A stretch of 64,000 nucleotides of DNA from Atractiella rhizophila (lineage: Eukaryota): NCBI GenBank assembly GCA_021432655.1, contig MU271278.1, forward strand, positions 1 to 64,000, given 5' to 3'. The position numbers and the translations under genes were made by a program. Below are positions 13,065-28,330 of this stretch, piece after piece (the first letter of the stretch is position 1; each line of letters starts with the position of its first letter). The notes below the pieces were generated by a model that saw nothing but the letters and a program-made list of their open reading frames with translations, ran no database searches and was not told the DNA's origin.

Positions 13065-14546
13065 ATGTCTGGCGACCGCCAAATCGTACCTTTCGATTCA
13101 CCTTTGCTCCTCTATCAAGGTCGCTGGACGTACCGAGAGGATGAGCAGTCCACAAAATTCGTAGGCACATCATGGGCTTCGTCGACCATTTCATTCATAA
13201 CGACGAGGTGTGTCGTTATTCAGTGGCGGGGGAGGTTTGTCTGAGGCAGGGGTAGCTCCTTTGTTACATTATCCCTCAACTACACGTCTAGAAATCGCGA
13301 TCGAGATGGAAGGCAAATGCATAACAAGGTGCTTGGACACAGGGTGTGGGAGCGGGCAGAAGATGGAAGCTGGAAGGAACTTTGGGATGCAAAAACAGTA
13401 AGCTTGGCGCAAGCTGAAGGTGCGTGTTCCATCCAGGGAAGCTCGGGTCTTGTCAAGACGTAACTGGCAGAGTACGGCGAGGTGTGGATCTACCACTCCC
13501 GTGCACCGGGAATCGAGCGCAAAGTGCTTGTGGGCAGTTTAGATTGTTTTACCTTTCTAGAGCTGGATGCGATCTACGCCGACTCAGTACGCTTGTCCTT
13601 TCGCTCATATGACGATTACTGACCGTTCCTCCTTCAAGCCTCAACTTTGTCCGCTGCCTCCGATATCACACAATCCTCCCGTTCGAATGCTCGTCATCGG
13701 TTCCTCCGCTTCTACCGGTTACTCTCTCTCGTTTGATCCATCAAGCCATAAAGATCGGGAACATCGGATGGGTTCTTGGGAAAGCTACCCCTTTGTTGCT
13801 CAGAATTGTCTCAATCGAGATCTGCCGCCAGAGGAAGATGGGAAGTTTCTTATTTCGCAAGTCATTGGATACGCAGAGAAACCTCTTTGCACAAGGCAGG
13901 AAAAAGGTATGGGAGAACTGTTTTGGGGCGTGAGTCCGCCGCTTATTTGGATGGGGAACGCTGATCTCATTCGTGTTCGTGGAATAGGTTTCACCATGGG
14001 ATGACGAGCGTTGGGATTTCGAGACTCAGAAAGGATACCCCTTGAACAATATTTCAAACCTTGGTCCAACAGCGATCCTCGTGGTGCTTGGTAGGTTGAC
14101 ATTTGGAACACACTTTGTCCATCGTTGATGGTGGAGTTACTGTGTCAGGCACTTCCGATCTCGAGCAGTCTATTCCTCTGGCTCAATTTGAGCAATCGCT
14201 TTCCACGTTGCTCCGACAGCTTATAATATACTTCTCCGAAACCCTGCGAGATATCATCATCGTTGTATGTGTTTCTCCGTTCCTTTTCAACGTCATTCAA
14301 GTTGTAGACCAGCCTCCTCTTCCCACCCACGTAAACGCTCCTCATTGGACCCAAGCCCTTGCAGGCTTCACTCTCCCCACCATTCCTGCCGGCACAACTA
14401 CTCCTCGTCTACATTACTGGAATATCTGGAGAACGTTGCAGCGGGACGCACATTTCGACACTACCAGTGTGTTGAACAAGTCTGGTCAAGAAAGAGCAGG
14501 CCAAGAACTCGCGCGTCTGATACGAGAGGAGGGATGGCCGATTTAG
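13065..14546 (+). CDS. SGNH/GDSL hydrolase-like protein of CE2 architecture with degenerate catalytic motifs, multi-exon
   Basis: ATG at 13065 gives MSGDRQIVPFDSPLLLYQGRW...SWASSTISF (CE2 N-terminal-like). It is followed by MLVIGSSASTGY (block I), PTAILVVLGTSD (block III), VCVSPF and VLNKSGQERAGQELARLI (block V position). Confidence 0.65.
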
Positions 14547-15572
14547 TCACCCTGAGAGAAGCGTCCAAGCTGCACGATGTACATGGAAGCCGTGGGGTCG
14601 CCTCGTTTTGCGGTCCCAAGTTAGACAGAGAATGGTGATCGTTGACCAGTGCAGTTCGGGTCCACAGTAAACTTATGGGATTTCAATCAAAGATTTGTAG
14701 GACTTGAAATTTTGGGTATTATGTTGTTCAGGTGTTCGATTAGTGCTCAGCTGTTTATCAATCAAGCATGTCAATCTCTCTCTGCACTCTTGCACTACCT
14801 CACGCTTTGTTCCCCTTGCAGGAAATCAAAGGTTCTAACACTGCTGCTAATGTCTTCCAAGTCAATGCAAATAGTGTATGCTCGGGACAACGATATGCTC
14901 CTTGTCTTCAACACCACCAAATAAGTACGCATCTTGTGACAACGCTAGCGCATCAACAAGTACAAATAAACTCTTGTTCTTGTCTGTGACAAAATTTACC
15001 CTTAAGCTTTTAAGTTAGAGGGACTCAAACAAGGCAGACGTAGTCATTCAATGATGAGCAGACTCAATATATATTTCTTTTTTGACCGCGAGTACCATCA
15101 TAAACACAGGACAGGAATTTCCAGCAGCAGGACAAGTCTTGACGAACTGAATGAAAGGATAGAAGATACACGATTGATCCAAAATCGAACGGACGACGAC
15201 GCCTTCTACAAAGAATAGATCATTGATTGAAATTCTAAGTAAACGTGACCCAAAATTGAAGTTCTGTTTTATCGAAGGACGCCGATGGATCACAGAAAAA
15301 AAGAATTGACATCCACGAAACACAGCCTGCTAAACTGATGCAATGACAGATCGCTAAGAACAACCCAACAAAAAAGAGGAGAAAAAATTCTTGTGACGAG
15401 ACGTGAGGCCAATTGAGATATTGTGGACGAGACTTGAAAGGAATAGATGTTTTTTTTTGGGAGGATATAGGATGTGGAGGTGTAGAGGATGAAACGGGTT
15501 GGGAGTATTCTAAACGACGAAAGAGGTGGTTGAATAACATAACTGATTCGGGAGCACAATGGAAGGTCGAGT

Positions 15573-17205
<1,633 letters not shown>

Positions 17206-19782
17206 GAATTGTTTTGATTAAGGAAATTGTCGGTTGGTTTGCGGAGTAGGCTGATAGGCGATTTGTCGAACCGAGAAAAGGAGGAATTGTCCAAGGTCGA
17301 GGAAAGAGAGAAGGTGGTGAAATTGAGTGAACTATGACAGTGAGACAGAAGCCCGCCTTCTGGCGGGCCGCGTCGCTGGTTGGAGTCGAAAAGTGGGTTG
17401 TTACTAATAGGCGAAGGCGAGGTTAATAAGTGCGTCTGTCGTGTTTTGTGTTGCGAGAAAGATGAAATGCTAAGCATCTACAATCAATATCTCCATCGTA
17501 CACTGTGCTCTCCCACGTACTGAAAAAGAGGAAATATGAGGCGGAAGCAAGGTAAGAAGATGCGATCGTACAGCTGGATATACACAGGAATAGTAGAAGG
17601 GTTCGAAATAAACGATGTGTATTGGAGAGATGGAATATGCTGACGATGAGTTTGGCTCTGTTGAAGAATCCTTGCTATTTAGCTTCTCGCCAAATCATGA
17701 CTGCATAAGGCTGAAATTTGGGTGAATGGACAAAGACATCCCACAAAATGGAACCGATCAAGGTTGCTCTGACCTTGTATTGCCACTGATCGCTGGAATA
17801 AGCGATCAAAGGGTGCATTTCTGACTGTGCATGTCTTCGTTTAGATACCGTGGGCAACTCCAAACCCTCTGAACCAGGGTACCAAGAAACTGGAGGGGAT
17901 GGGAAGGAGAGTTTACAAAAAACGTGCTAAATTGGAGTCGATCTAGAACAGCAGACCTCCCCAAAAGTCGAACAATGTGAACTCAATTTGCAGCCTGCAA
18001 CCAGCTGTCACAAAGTTAGGAAAAAAAGAAATTTCGTTAAACTTGCTTTGCACAGAGGACCCCTCAACTTACTCCTCATTCTCCAGGTGTAGGCGTGAAA
18101 CCAATGACTAGGAATAAACCTTTCTCACCCTCAAATCTCACCCGAGGGGTAATCGCGCAAATCACGGCTTATTACACATCACAGTTTGAACAAGGGACGA
18201 AATCAGTCCTCTTTGTTACCACACCTTCTCTAATAACAGAAGCGAGGACACCCTGATGAACTTTCTGTGCCCACAATAGTCAGGGCGAAGAGTCCTCAAG
18301 CTGGGCAGCTGATGCCCTTGAGGCCTCAGCACAAGCATGGGAGCGGGAGATAGCATGTCGGACGATCGCCTTTGAAATAGGCAGCGACGCATGCTCTCAA
18401 TATATGCCCAAGGTTAACTCCCGAACCACAATTCTTCCTTCTCACTCCTCTGCTCTCTGCGGCATCGAGAGTAGTTTCAGGGAAGGATACGAACATTGCA
18501 AGTGAAAGCAGCACAAATATGCGAACAAGTCGGTGGTAAACTCACAGGTATAATTTATCGCCAAATTCCTGTCCCAGATTCGTAATGCGCTGTCGGTTGT
18601 GAACAAAAGCTATCCAGTATCCAAATTCTTCGTCAATTCGAGATGCGACAACACCATGCTCAGCACACTCAAAATAAGTGCTGCATCCTCCCGAGTACTT
18701 TGGTACACGAAACACAAGCTGCCCCAGACGAGGCTGGATGGAGGGAGGGGACTGGGCTGGATGACGGTCGTCCAGAGAGATCGAAACAAAAGAAATAAGA
18801 TTTCGGCCTTCGATCCAAACAGGGCTGCATCCATGATTTGTTTGCGAAAGATTTCTAGATTTACGCAAGGACGTTTAATCCAAAAGGAAAGGGAAAGCGA
18901 CCTTTCAATTCACTGTTGAATGACAGAATGCAGCAATCAAAGCGGGGGCAAGTTTCACGTGCATTTCAGCGGATCTGTCGCCCAGTTGGTTCTGCCCATT
19001 TCATGACGAAGCAAGAGGCCACATGATAATGGACGCTTCAAGTTCACCTGCTTGACTTCCCCTGACATGGACTAGGCATAGATCAAAGCAGACACCGCTT
19101 GCTGGCGACCTTTCCTTAAGTTTGGAAAGAAATGCGGTCAGGATAAGCTTCACAATATGCCGAACCTAACCTTCTCACACAGACGCTCAAACTCTAACTT
19201 TTTTCAGCCAACCTGCCAGCACCCAGCAACAATTTATTGGTTAACATTGTTCTTCTCCCTGCGACCGAAGGGACCTTCTCGGAGCCTGCGAGGTGCTGAC
19301 TTGTTATCCCTTATAACCAGCCTCATTTGGAGAGAGGGTGGAGAAGACGTGGCCATAGGGTTATTGGATTGGTGCATTTCGCATTTTGGTGTTGAGGGAG
19401 AAGACTTCAACTCATAAGTGAGTCTTTCCACCGCCATTAAAAAATTGAAGCTTCGTGAATCTTCTTCCAAGCTAGAAACGCGATATTGTCTCCGAGACCT
19501 ATTGCAATCCTTCCTTGTGAATGGATTCTTGGACAAAGGATGATTCATTCCCACCGTTGCCCTGAAAGCTGCTTCTTGCTGAACAATACATGATACTCTA
19601 AGAGTGATGATCTGGTGCTAAAAGAACTCCTTTGCAGATCAAGGTCATGCTTCGGCGAAGAAGTAGAGTATTATTATTCAGGCGAGGCATACTCTACGGG
19701 TCCTTTATCTGCTTCCTATTCACTTCTTTTGCGAAGCGATCATGGAGTTCTTTGCTGATCGACCTGTTCATCCTAGGAAAAG

Positions 19783-21148
19783 ATGGCTTTTGTACCACCC
19801 ACGACTTTCGCCTTTCCTACGACCTTGACGCGAACATGGCATGTCGGGCACATGGCATTAGCCGTGAAAAATATTCAGCACCTGCTACGACGGTCGAAGA
19901 TCGACCTCCTCCTTGAAGTGCGAGACTCCCGCCTCCCACTTACGTCTATCAATCCTGCCTTTGAAGAGCTCATGACTTCGGTTGGGAGCCGAGTTGGGCG
20001 GATCATAGTTTATGGGAAGAGGGATTTGGCTCAGCCTGAGTTGGAGAGACCTATTACGAATGCCGTGATGAACAAGGGGAGGGCTGATCAAATCGTATGG
20101 ATCAATACCCAGCTCGAGAAGCAAGTGAGAGGCTTGTATCATCTGCTTGTGGAGAGGGCAAAAAGTAGGAATGTATCAGAAGAAGAGCAGCGAGTAATGA
20201 GAATCCTCATTATCGGGATGCCAAACGTAGGGAAATCGTCACTGTTGAATACACTCCGAAGAGTCGGCACGCGAAAAGGTAGGAATCATTCTCTCGCCGC
20301 ATTGGTGCTGAACTGAGGGGTCATATAGGCAAAGCAGCTGTCACTGGAGCCTATCCAGGTTTAACACGCTCTATTTCAGAATTAGTTAAAATCAGCCAGG
20401 AGCCTCTAATCTATGTCAAAGATACCCCTGGAATAATGCCTCCATTTCTCGGTTCTGGGGCCGCTGGCGCCGAACGAGGGATGTTGTTGGGGATCACCTG
20501 TGAGCGTACCCTTTTTCATGACGTTTACTGACTTGCGAGAAGCTGGAATTAAGGAATCGCTATATCCAATTGAAACACTAGCCGAATACCTTCTTTGGCG
20601 CTTAACCTTGCGATGCTTCTCTCCAGGCGAGCCCTCGTTGTCATGGTGTATGTATGTCTACTTTCCCCTTAGGTCCAAGTTGAATCTCGATTGCAGCGGA
20701 ACTCATGGAGCATCTTGGTCTTCCTCCCGACTACCCCCCTTCAACGCCTTACCACGAGCTTCTCGAACGCCTAGCAAAGCGGATAGGCGCTATGTTGCCT
20801 GGCGGGATACCAGACATCCCACGAACCTGTAAATTCCTTCTTGAACAATTCCGAAAAGGTAAATACGGTCCATGGACCCTCGATCACTTTCCACCACCAC
20901 CACCTCCGCTTCCAGAAAGTGGGGAGCCAGAATTCGATTATTCTGTACCGGAGCAGCAGGCGGATCCCAAGCTGTCCATTCTCGATTTAGGTTGGAAGAA
21001 AGATTGGGTAAAGACCCAAGGTGGAATTCAGCAGGCAGTCACCATGGCTTTAAATAAGAGGGAGGAACTCAGTGCGAGGGAGTGGACGAAGCGGCATAAG
21101 GAGGTGAAAAAGGTGATGAAACAGGAAGGAATGCATAGAGCGCGATGA
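19783..21148 (+). CDS. MTG1: Mitochondrial ribosome-associated GTPase (RbgA/YlqF family)
   Basis: WHVGHM, LEVRDSRLPLTSINP, GKRDL (G4) ahead of GMPNVGKSS (G1), PGLTR and DTPGI (G3): circularly permuted order. FRKGKYG near the C-terminus. Confidence 0.9.
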
Positions 21149-21505
21149 GGCAATAATCTGTCAGCATTATCCCCCTTTCCATTATTTATAAACCACAAGG
21201 CAAATGCACTCTTTCTCCCTAAGTAATTCATCAGAAGCAGCGAAAACAAGAAGTGTGAATTCTGCATTGCAGGGCAAAAGGATGGCTGTCATTGGTCGCC
21301 GTTAATTTTAGGTTTGCTGTTGGAGCTGTGGCAAGAAGGCCGTAAAACGCGAACTGAGTGATCGATCGAGTAAGAAACATTGCAGCAACGGCGAAAGCGT
21401 GAGGATTTCATTATTACTACCTCTGACTCTGATAAAAAGGCGCGCAGTTACAGGCAAAAATCCTCTCCAACTCATAACCAAGTGGAAAAACAGTAAAGAA
21501 ACGAA

Positions 21506-23252
21506 ATGTCCAAATCGAACGGAATGCCGATGGCCAATGGAAAGGCTCACCTGAGCTCGAAGGAATGCATGGCGTTGGAGGATCAGTATGGAGCGCACAA
21601 GTAAGAGAGTTTGCTTTTCAACTTGAGGATGGTGCTGTAGACGTTTGCTGAAATTCTGCTCTCATTGGAGCGAAATATATCGATGAGTTACTGAGCGATG
21701 TCCTTCTTTAGCTACCATCCGTTGCCGATTGTATTCGACAAAGCATCTGGAGCGCATGTCTGGGATCCTGAAGGAAAGCGCTACATCGATATGCTGTCTG
21801 CGTACTCTGCGGTTAACCAGGGACATTGCCATCCTCGAATACTCGAAGCTCTCACAACTCAGGCATCCCGTCTGACTCTCTCCTCTCGAGCCTTTCACAC
21901 TACCTCTCTCGGACCGTTTGCGAAGAAAATAACGTCTCTTTTAGGATTTGATCGCCTCCTCCCTATGAATACCGGCACAGAAGCTGTTGAAACCGCCTTG
22001 AAAATCGCAAGGAAGTGGGGATACGAAAAGAAAGGCATTACGGAAGGACAGGCGATCATCTTAAGCGCTGAAGGCAATTTTCATGGGAGAACGCTGGGGG
22101 TTATTAGTTTGAGCACTGAGGAGGAAAGTAGGAAAGGTTTTGGGCCGTACCTTTCTCGTGTGGGTGCGGTTTGCCCTGCTGGAGCAGGGAAGATTCGTTA
22201 TGGCAACATCGAAGATCTTAAGAAGGCATTGGAGCAACACGGAAAGGAAACAGCAGCTTTCCTCGTGGAGCCTATTCAAGGGGAAGCGGGGTAAGTGTTC
22301 GTTTGCCTGTCCTTGGCATGTGGGATTAACGGTGGGATGGTTCGAGGCAGTGTTGTTGTCCCACCTGAAGATTATTTGGAGAAAGCTCAGGAACTGTGCA
22401 AGCAACACAATATCCTCCTCATCTGCGATGAGATTCAAACTGGGCTTGGTCGCACTGGCAAAATGTCGGTCTTTCTCGCACTTGTTGTGTTTAGTCGATG
22501 ATGGGTTCTGCCACACTAGGTGCTGCTACGAGCACAACCCACGTGTTAAACCAGACATTATCACCCTCGGAAAGGCCCTTTCCGGTGGATTTTATCCCAT
22601 CTCTGCCGTCCTGACCTCCCATGAGGTTATGGGTGTGATTAAACCTGGAGAGCATGGTTCAACTTTTGGAGGCAATCCTCGTACGCTTACACCTCCTCCT
22701 CTGATATTTAGCCAATCATGTATCACAGTTGCATGCGCGATTGGCACCGCTGCTTTAGACGTGATTGTTGATGAGAAACTCACCGAGCGTGCTCAGAGGC
22801 TAGGCGAAGTCTTCCGTTCCGCCTTATCCACGTTGAAGAAGGATGAGAAAGTTGGTAAATGGCTTACGGAAGTTCGAGGCAAAGGTCTACTCAATGCAAT
22901 AGTCATTGATGAAAGTAAGAGCACGAGGGGAAGGGGGGCTTGGGAAGTTTGTTTGCTCATGAAAGAAAGAGGTGTGCTTGCCAAACCCACACACCGCAAC
23001 ATGTTAGAGATTCATTTCTTCCCACCACGAAATCATTCGCTAATTTGAACGCAGAATTCGACTGGCGCCACCACTGACCATTGAGGAGGAAGATTTATTG
23101 CATGCTGTACAAGTGATCAAAGAGTCGCTGGAAGCTCTTGATGTGGTCAGTGTCGACTTGTGCATTTAATAAAACAATCGTCTGACAAAGAATAGGTCGA
23201 CAATATTGACGATCCACATGCATCGGAGAAAATTGGTAGCATGGAGGCCTGA
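21506..23252 (+). CDS. CAR2: Ornithine aminotransferase (class III PLP), multi-exon
   Basis: [87 protein letters not shown]. Confidence 0.97.
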
Positions 23253-23617
23253 AATGTCTGTTCATTCAAGTCGTTTGGATTCAATTATGGAATGTCTCAT
23301 TCTCAAGGCAATTTCCACGTCCGTGTGCTGCCTCTCCACGTCGTTCTTTGTCAACTTGTTCATTGGTTCATTGAAAGCATTTTGATCATGTAGCATCACC
23401 AGAGCATATCAAATGAATGAAAGTGTTGTGAATAAAAGTTATTGCTGCCTCTTATCTACCATCAGAAATCTGGAAAAGTAAACTCACCCCTTCGTCGGCA
23501 GCCTCACAAACGACTCCAGATGAACAAAATTGATTAAACAGATATCATACATAATCGATATAGGCTAATGTCCAGGGTTCTATGTGAAACAAGAATGTCA
23601 GTGTCTACTAACTGTCG

Positions 23618-25498
23618 TCATTTCGGTGTTTGCGTTAGCAGCTCCAACTCCTCCTTTAGGGCATTAACCTGTCTTTGTAACTGACATTTCTCGTTCTCCA
23701 TAGCAAGATTACGCAGCGTGAGTTCTTGGAGCTGCGTGAAGAGTTTGTTGCAGTATGTTGTCTCATGAACCTGTGATACCTGTCAGTAATAAACGAGAAA
23801 AGTCAAAGCAGGAGTATCGTACTCGGACATCTGTTTTTGTGCTTTGAAAGAGACATCCTTCAAAGACGTTTGCACATCTTACAGTTGCAATTTAGTCCCA
23901 GTAGTAGGACGACACAAAGGAATATGGCGAACCTAACATTGGGACAGACTTCTTCGTGAGCCGCTAGCTCTGAACGTTTGATTTGAGGACAATCTGGCCT
24001 GCCGACGACAGCGCCAGGACAAGATATGAGTGCATTGGGACATTCCTCCACATGCTGAAGCAGCTTATTTTGGGAGATTTGTGCGCCACAGTCACTGGTG
24101 ACCTCGTTAGCGTCTTCAACGAAGCAACACGAAAGGGACTAACATGGGGCATGGCACCTTCCTATAACCGCACTGAACCAGGCTTGTCAACTTTTCCAGC
24201 AGTGCTGTACCTTCCTTACCTCAAGGTCGTGGATCAGAGCACAATCACTCCTTCCAGACCAGTCGCAACCATGAACATGATTTCCACACTTCCTTTGTTT
24301 GCTCGCCAGTAGCTGCATGAGCTCGGACGCTGGCAACACCGCCAATCTGAGAGGCTGGTTGCACAACGAGCACTCCCATCGATTCGGGAGGTTAGAAGAT
24401 CGTTGCCACTCCAAGCAACTGCACGTCATCCTCAGCCGATATTACAGAATGACACGGACGAGAAGCATACGCTCTGCAAAATGGATGTTCGTTGTCACAC
24501 CCAATGACGGGAGCGTCTAAAACTTCCAAACAAAGTGGACATTCAACATCTGTCACGTCGTCGACGAAAAGATTCGAGTCGATTCCAGAAGGTGCATTTC
24601 CAAGAGGTGTGGCAGGCGCAGGTGGAGCACGAGCACGAGGAGAGGTAACACTGTATGGCGGAATAATATTCAAAATATTGAAAGGGTTCATGGCGAAAGG
24701 AGGATCAGTGTTAGTGCGGTTGGGAAGTCGATTCGCCATATTAGCCATTCTGAGGAAGGGATCTCCGTCCTCCACTGATGCATCATTTAGGAGGATAGAC
24801 TCAATTCCTGCCCTTGGTCTCACTGCTATGTCACCAATCTGGCGGGCATGTTGAGTGGTTCCTCGAATATGAGGTAACGTCCGCGATATGGCATCGTTGG
24901 CGGGTCGAGCTGCTTGGACAATGTCTTTGGGAGGTTGAGGAGGCAATACATAGTCTTTGGGCAGGTCAAGCGGTAGCGTTGAATCTTTAGTTGATCGAAG
25001 TGATCGGCGTCTCAACTCGACGGTCGGCGATGGGTTATGTCCTGGTTGTTTCCTGGAAGAGTGACGAACTGGTAGTGGCTTGATGGTTCTGAGTTGATAA
25101 GGTAGAGAAGCGTTGCAATCAATGCTGCCACTTCTTGAACCTGACCCTGTGTAGAAGCTGTCTAGCATCGCTGAAGACCCAACGGATACGCGCCGCGTCA
25201 GCTCGTTTGAAGAAACGTGGGCGGCGTTCCTAGGCTTATAGCCGTTGGAAGTCTTAGGCATCCTCGCTTCAATAAACTCCACGTCACCATCTGCAGGTGT
25301 AGCAGAGATTTTGCGTTTGGAGGTGCTGGCTACCGAAGGTGGTGGAAAGTAAGGGTTTACTGGCGACGCCATTTTCGAATGAGAGACCACAGGATCTGAT
25401 TGACGTGATTTCTTGCGTGTCCGGCTCGACTCTTCCTCTTCAGCTTGGGTAAGGAAGCGTTCCAGCTCGTCCCGCACCGCTTTCGGAGTCGACTCCAT
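23618..25498 (-). CDS. RING-finger (C3HC4) plus TRAF-type zinc-finger protein, probable E3 ligase
   Basis: CPLCLEVLDAPVIGCDNEHPFC...CSLC RING, followed by CGNHVHGCDWSG, HMEECPNALISCP and AHEEVCPN repeats and a C-terminal coiled coil. Start uncertain. Confidence 0.8.
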
Positions 25499-26029
25499 GA
25501 GACTGAATTGTCTTGCGAAGTAAAGCAATGAGGCAGTACTGCCACTTGCGGACGCGCTTCTCACATCCTAGAACATTCAAAGACGGGCATACACAACGTA
25601 TTCGTGTCATAAGAGGGAAAATGCGTGACGCACCCGTAGCACCTTCTCGAGCGTGGGCTCCCAGGGTCGTGCCACAGCTAGTGGTCGCATCTGGGCTGCA
25701 TTTTTGACACCACGTTCTATAGCAGCGATATCCATCTTGATTGAGATCTCGCTACCCAACGCTCTCGAATCCACTTCAATCAGCTCAATCCTCCTTGTCT
25801 TGCCCCTGCCCTCCCTTTTGCGAGCCTCGCGGCATCCAGTCTGCGCGATCGCGCGCAGATTCACGCAACTTGTTTTGCACCACCAAGGTGCGAACCTTGG
25901 AAAAAGCGTTGGACCCTGTGGATGAAAGCTTAGCTGACTTAGACTAGTTGAAAGTCCACGAGCGCAATGATGACAATCCAGCTTCGTTGTAGAATGGGAC
26001 TACATAAACGTCACTCTTTGACAGGCACT

Positions 26030-26762
26030 TCATTTCTTCAACTTCTCCCCTTCGTCCAACACTGACTTAGCGCTGACTACCTCGGCAAATTCTCCATCGA
26101 TCAAACTCATCTCCACGTTGTGAACCGTCATCGCGCTCCAAGCGTTTCCATCTCTCCAATCACCTTTTCCCTTCATCTTCTCCCCATAAATCCACACCGG
26201 AAACGTGCCACAAGCGTCCTCGACCACCCAAACTTTGTACCCTTCGTCCGTTGCCGCTCTCGCAGCGGAGGAGACGCAATGGACGGAAGACATGCCGACG
26301 ATGATGAGGTTGTCGATCTTCTTTGCCTTGTGGGCGGGATGGGAAGACAATAGATCAACCAGGGTTTTGCCCTTCAAAGATGATGGGTGCGCGACCTGTC
26401 CCTTGAACGCCGAACTAGTATGTTTCTGCACGATCGGCTCGTCCGGCAGAGGAGCAGCGAAATCGAGTGGCTGCACGTTCGTCGTGTTGCCCTCATAGAA
26501 AGAGTCTTCCGGGTCTTTCCCAAGGTGGTGCACGTGGATGATAGGCAGATTGTGTGAGCGGAAGAGGGCAAGGATTGAGGTTACATTTGAGCCGAGCGAT
26601 TCCCAGGTGGAGGAGAATTGCCGTCCGATGAAATCGGGAGATTGGAAAGCCTGTACCATACCATTCGCGTCAGCAATTGGAAGTTGAAGTGGATTGGGTA
26701 TGTACCTTTTGCAGATCGATCACTATGAGCACCGACGACTCAAAAGACGAAGGAAGTGGCAT
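26030..26762 (-). CDS. Isochorismatase-family cysteine hydrolase
   Basis: LIVIDLQK (Asp), VQKHTSSAF (Lys), GMSSVHCVSSAARAATDEGY (Cys), VVEDAC; one intron near the 5' end. Confidence 0.92.
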
Positions 26763-27178
26763 GTTTGCTCACTTCTGATGGGGAAGCTTGAAATCGAGTT
26801 GTTCTGAGGTTCTGAGGAAGACAGCGGCAGTATCGCATCAGAATTCCATGGGGATTTAGATCTTTGCTCCCTTTTATGCCTCAAGGACCCACAAGGAACT
26901 GATCAACAATGCGGATGGGAGGACAAACGCGACGCGAAATTGACTTGAACAGGCTCTTGTATTGCACAACAGGAAGAACCTTACTGTAAAACCTGTAGGA
27001 AAGACACGTCAACCAAAAGGCTGTTAAAGGCTCGTAAAAGCAAGAACTTAAGTGGTGGACTTGGTGATCCCAATACTAACATTCATTCGTCACGTGGCTT
27101 TGGAAAGTTTCGAAAGCAGCCTTCAGTGCGTTTCTATTCTTCCTTCTGTCTTCGCTAACAATCCTTGGAATCTTAGGA

Positions 27179-28330
27179 ATGTCACACCGTTTCTTCTTTC
27201 CCACACGACGGCTGGGGACGCTCTCCATCCCTCTCCCAAAAGCAAGGCGCATTACCCAGCCTTTTTCAGCGCCAGCATACTTCAGCCGCTCATTCATCCC
27301 TCGCGGCCATGCATCTCCTCCTTCCGACCCTCCCACGCCCTCTTCAAGCTCATCCGCCGCTTCGTCTAGCAGCACCAGCCTCAGCACCATCCCGGCCCCC
27401 CTCCTCGAGCTTGGATACCGTCCCCTGCCCCCTCACACGCTCTCTTCCCTCTTCTCCGCCTACCGTTCCCTCGCAAAAGACCGCCTCCTCGTTCTCGTCA
27501 CACTTACCACAATGTCAGGATACGCTTTGGCGCCAGCGTCCTCCTTCGCCGACCTCAGTTCGCTATCCACCCTCGCAGCCCTCACAGCAGGCACTTGCCT
27601 GTGCATTGCGAGCGCGAACGCCATCAACCAACTTGTGGAGGTGCCTTACGATGCTCAGATGGCTCGTACACGTGGACGGGTGCTCGTCCGTCGTCTACTC
27701 TCCCCTGCACATGCGGGGGGTTTCGCATTAACCACTGGAGTGCTGGGCACTGGGATCCTAGCGGCATTCACCAATCCTCTCACTGCGGCCTTGGGAGCGG
27801 GAAACATCGTCCTCTACGCCGGGATATACACCTCCCTCAAGCGCATCACGCCATTCAACACCCATGTAGGCTCACTCGTAGGCGCCATCCCTCCTTTAAT
27901 GGGTTGGACAGCGGCCACGAATGCGATAGGCGACTGGAGAGCGTGGATTGTTCCCGCGATACTGTACATCTGGCAATTCCCACATTTCAACTCACTTTCT
28001 TCTTCCCTCGCCAGTTCGTACGCCCAAGCAGGGTACAGAATGTACGCTTGCCTTTCCCCACGGAAAAACAAGGCTATGGCTCTCCGTTATGCGCTCCTTC
28101 TCTTCCCTCTATGCTCATATGCCGCGCCAGCGGTAGGCATAGTCACTTGGTCATTTGCGTTGTGGAGCGCAATACCAAATGCGGCGTTGGCGGGATGCGC
28201 GTTGAGGTGGTGGATGTGGAGTGAGGAGAAGTGGGCGAGGTATACGTTTTGGGCTTCGCTTGTCCACCTGGCGGTGGTAAGTGGCTATTCCTTCCTTCCT
28301 CGTAGCGTGTCAGGCGTCACCAAGTTATAG
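27179..28330 (+). CDS. COX10: Protoheme IX farnesyltransferase (heme O synthase); true 3' end uncertain
   Basis: Arg/Ser-rich presequence, ANAINQLVEVPYDAQMARTRGR, YTSLKR, VGSLVGAIPPLMGW, WQFPHFNSL, YAQAGYRM, FWASLVHL. Confidence 0.93.
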   Translation: MSHRFFFPTRRLGTLSIPLPKARRITQPFSAPAYFSRSFIPRGHASPPSDPPTPSSSSSAASSSSTSLSTIPAPLLELGYRPLPPHTLSSLFSAYRSLAKDRLLVLVTLTTMSGYALAPASSFADLSSLSTLAALTAGTCLCIASANAINQLVEVPYDAQMARTRGRVLVRRLLSPAHAGGFALTTGVLGTGILAAFTNPLTAALGAGNIVLYAGIYTSLKRITPFNTHVGSLVGAIPPLMGWTAATNAIGDWRAWIVPAILYIWQFPHFNSLSSSLASSYAQAGYRMYACLSPRKNKAMALRYALLLFPLCSYAAPAVGIVTWSFALWSAIPNAALAGCALRWWMWSEEKWARYTFWASLVHLAVVSGYSFLPRSVSGVTKL

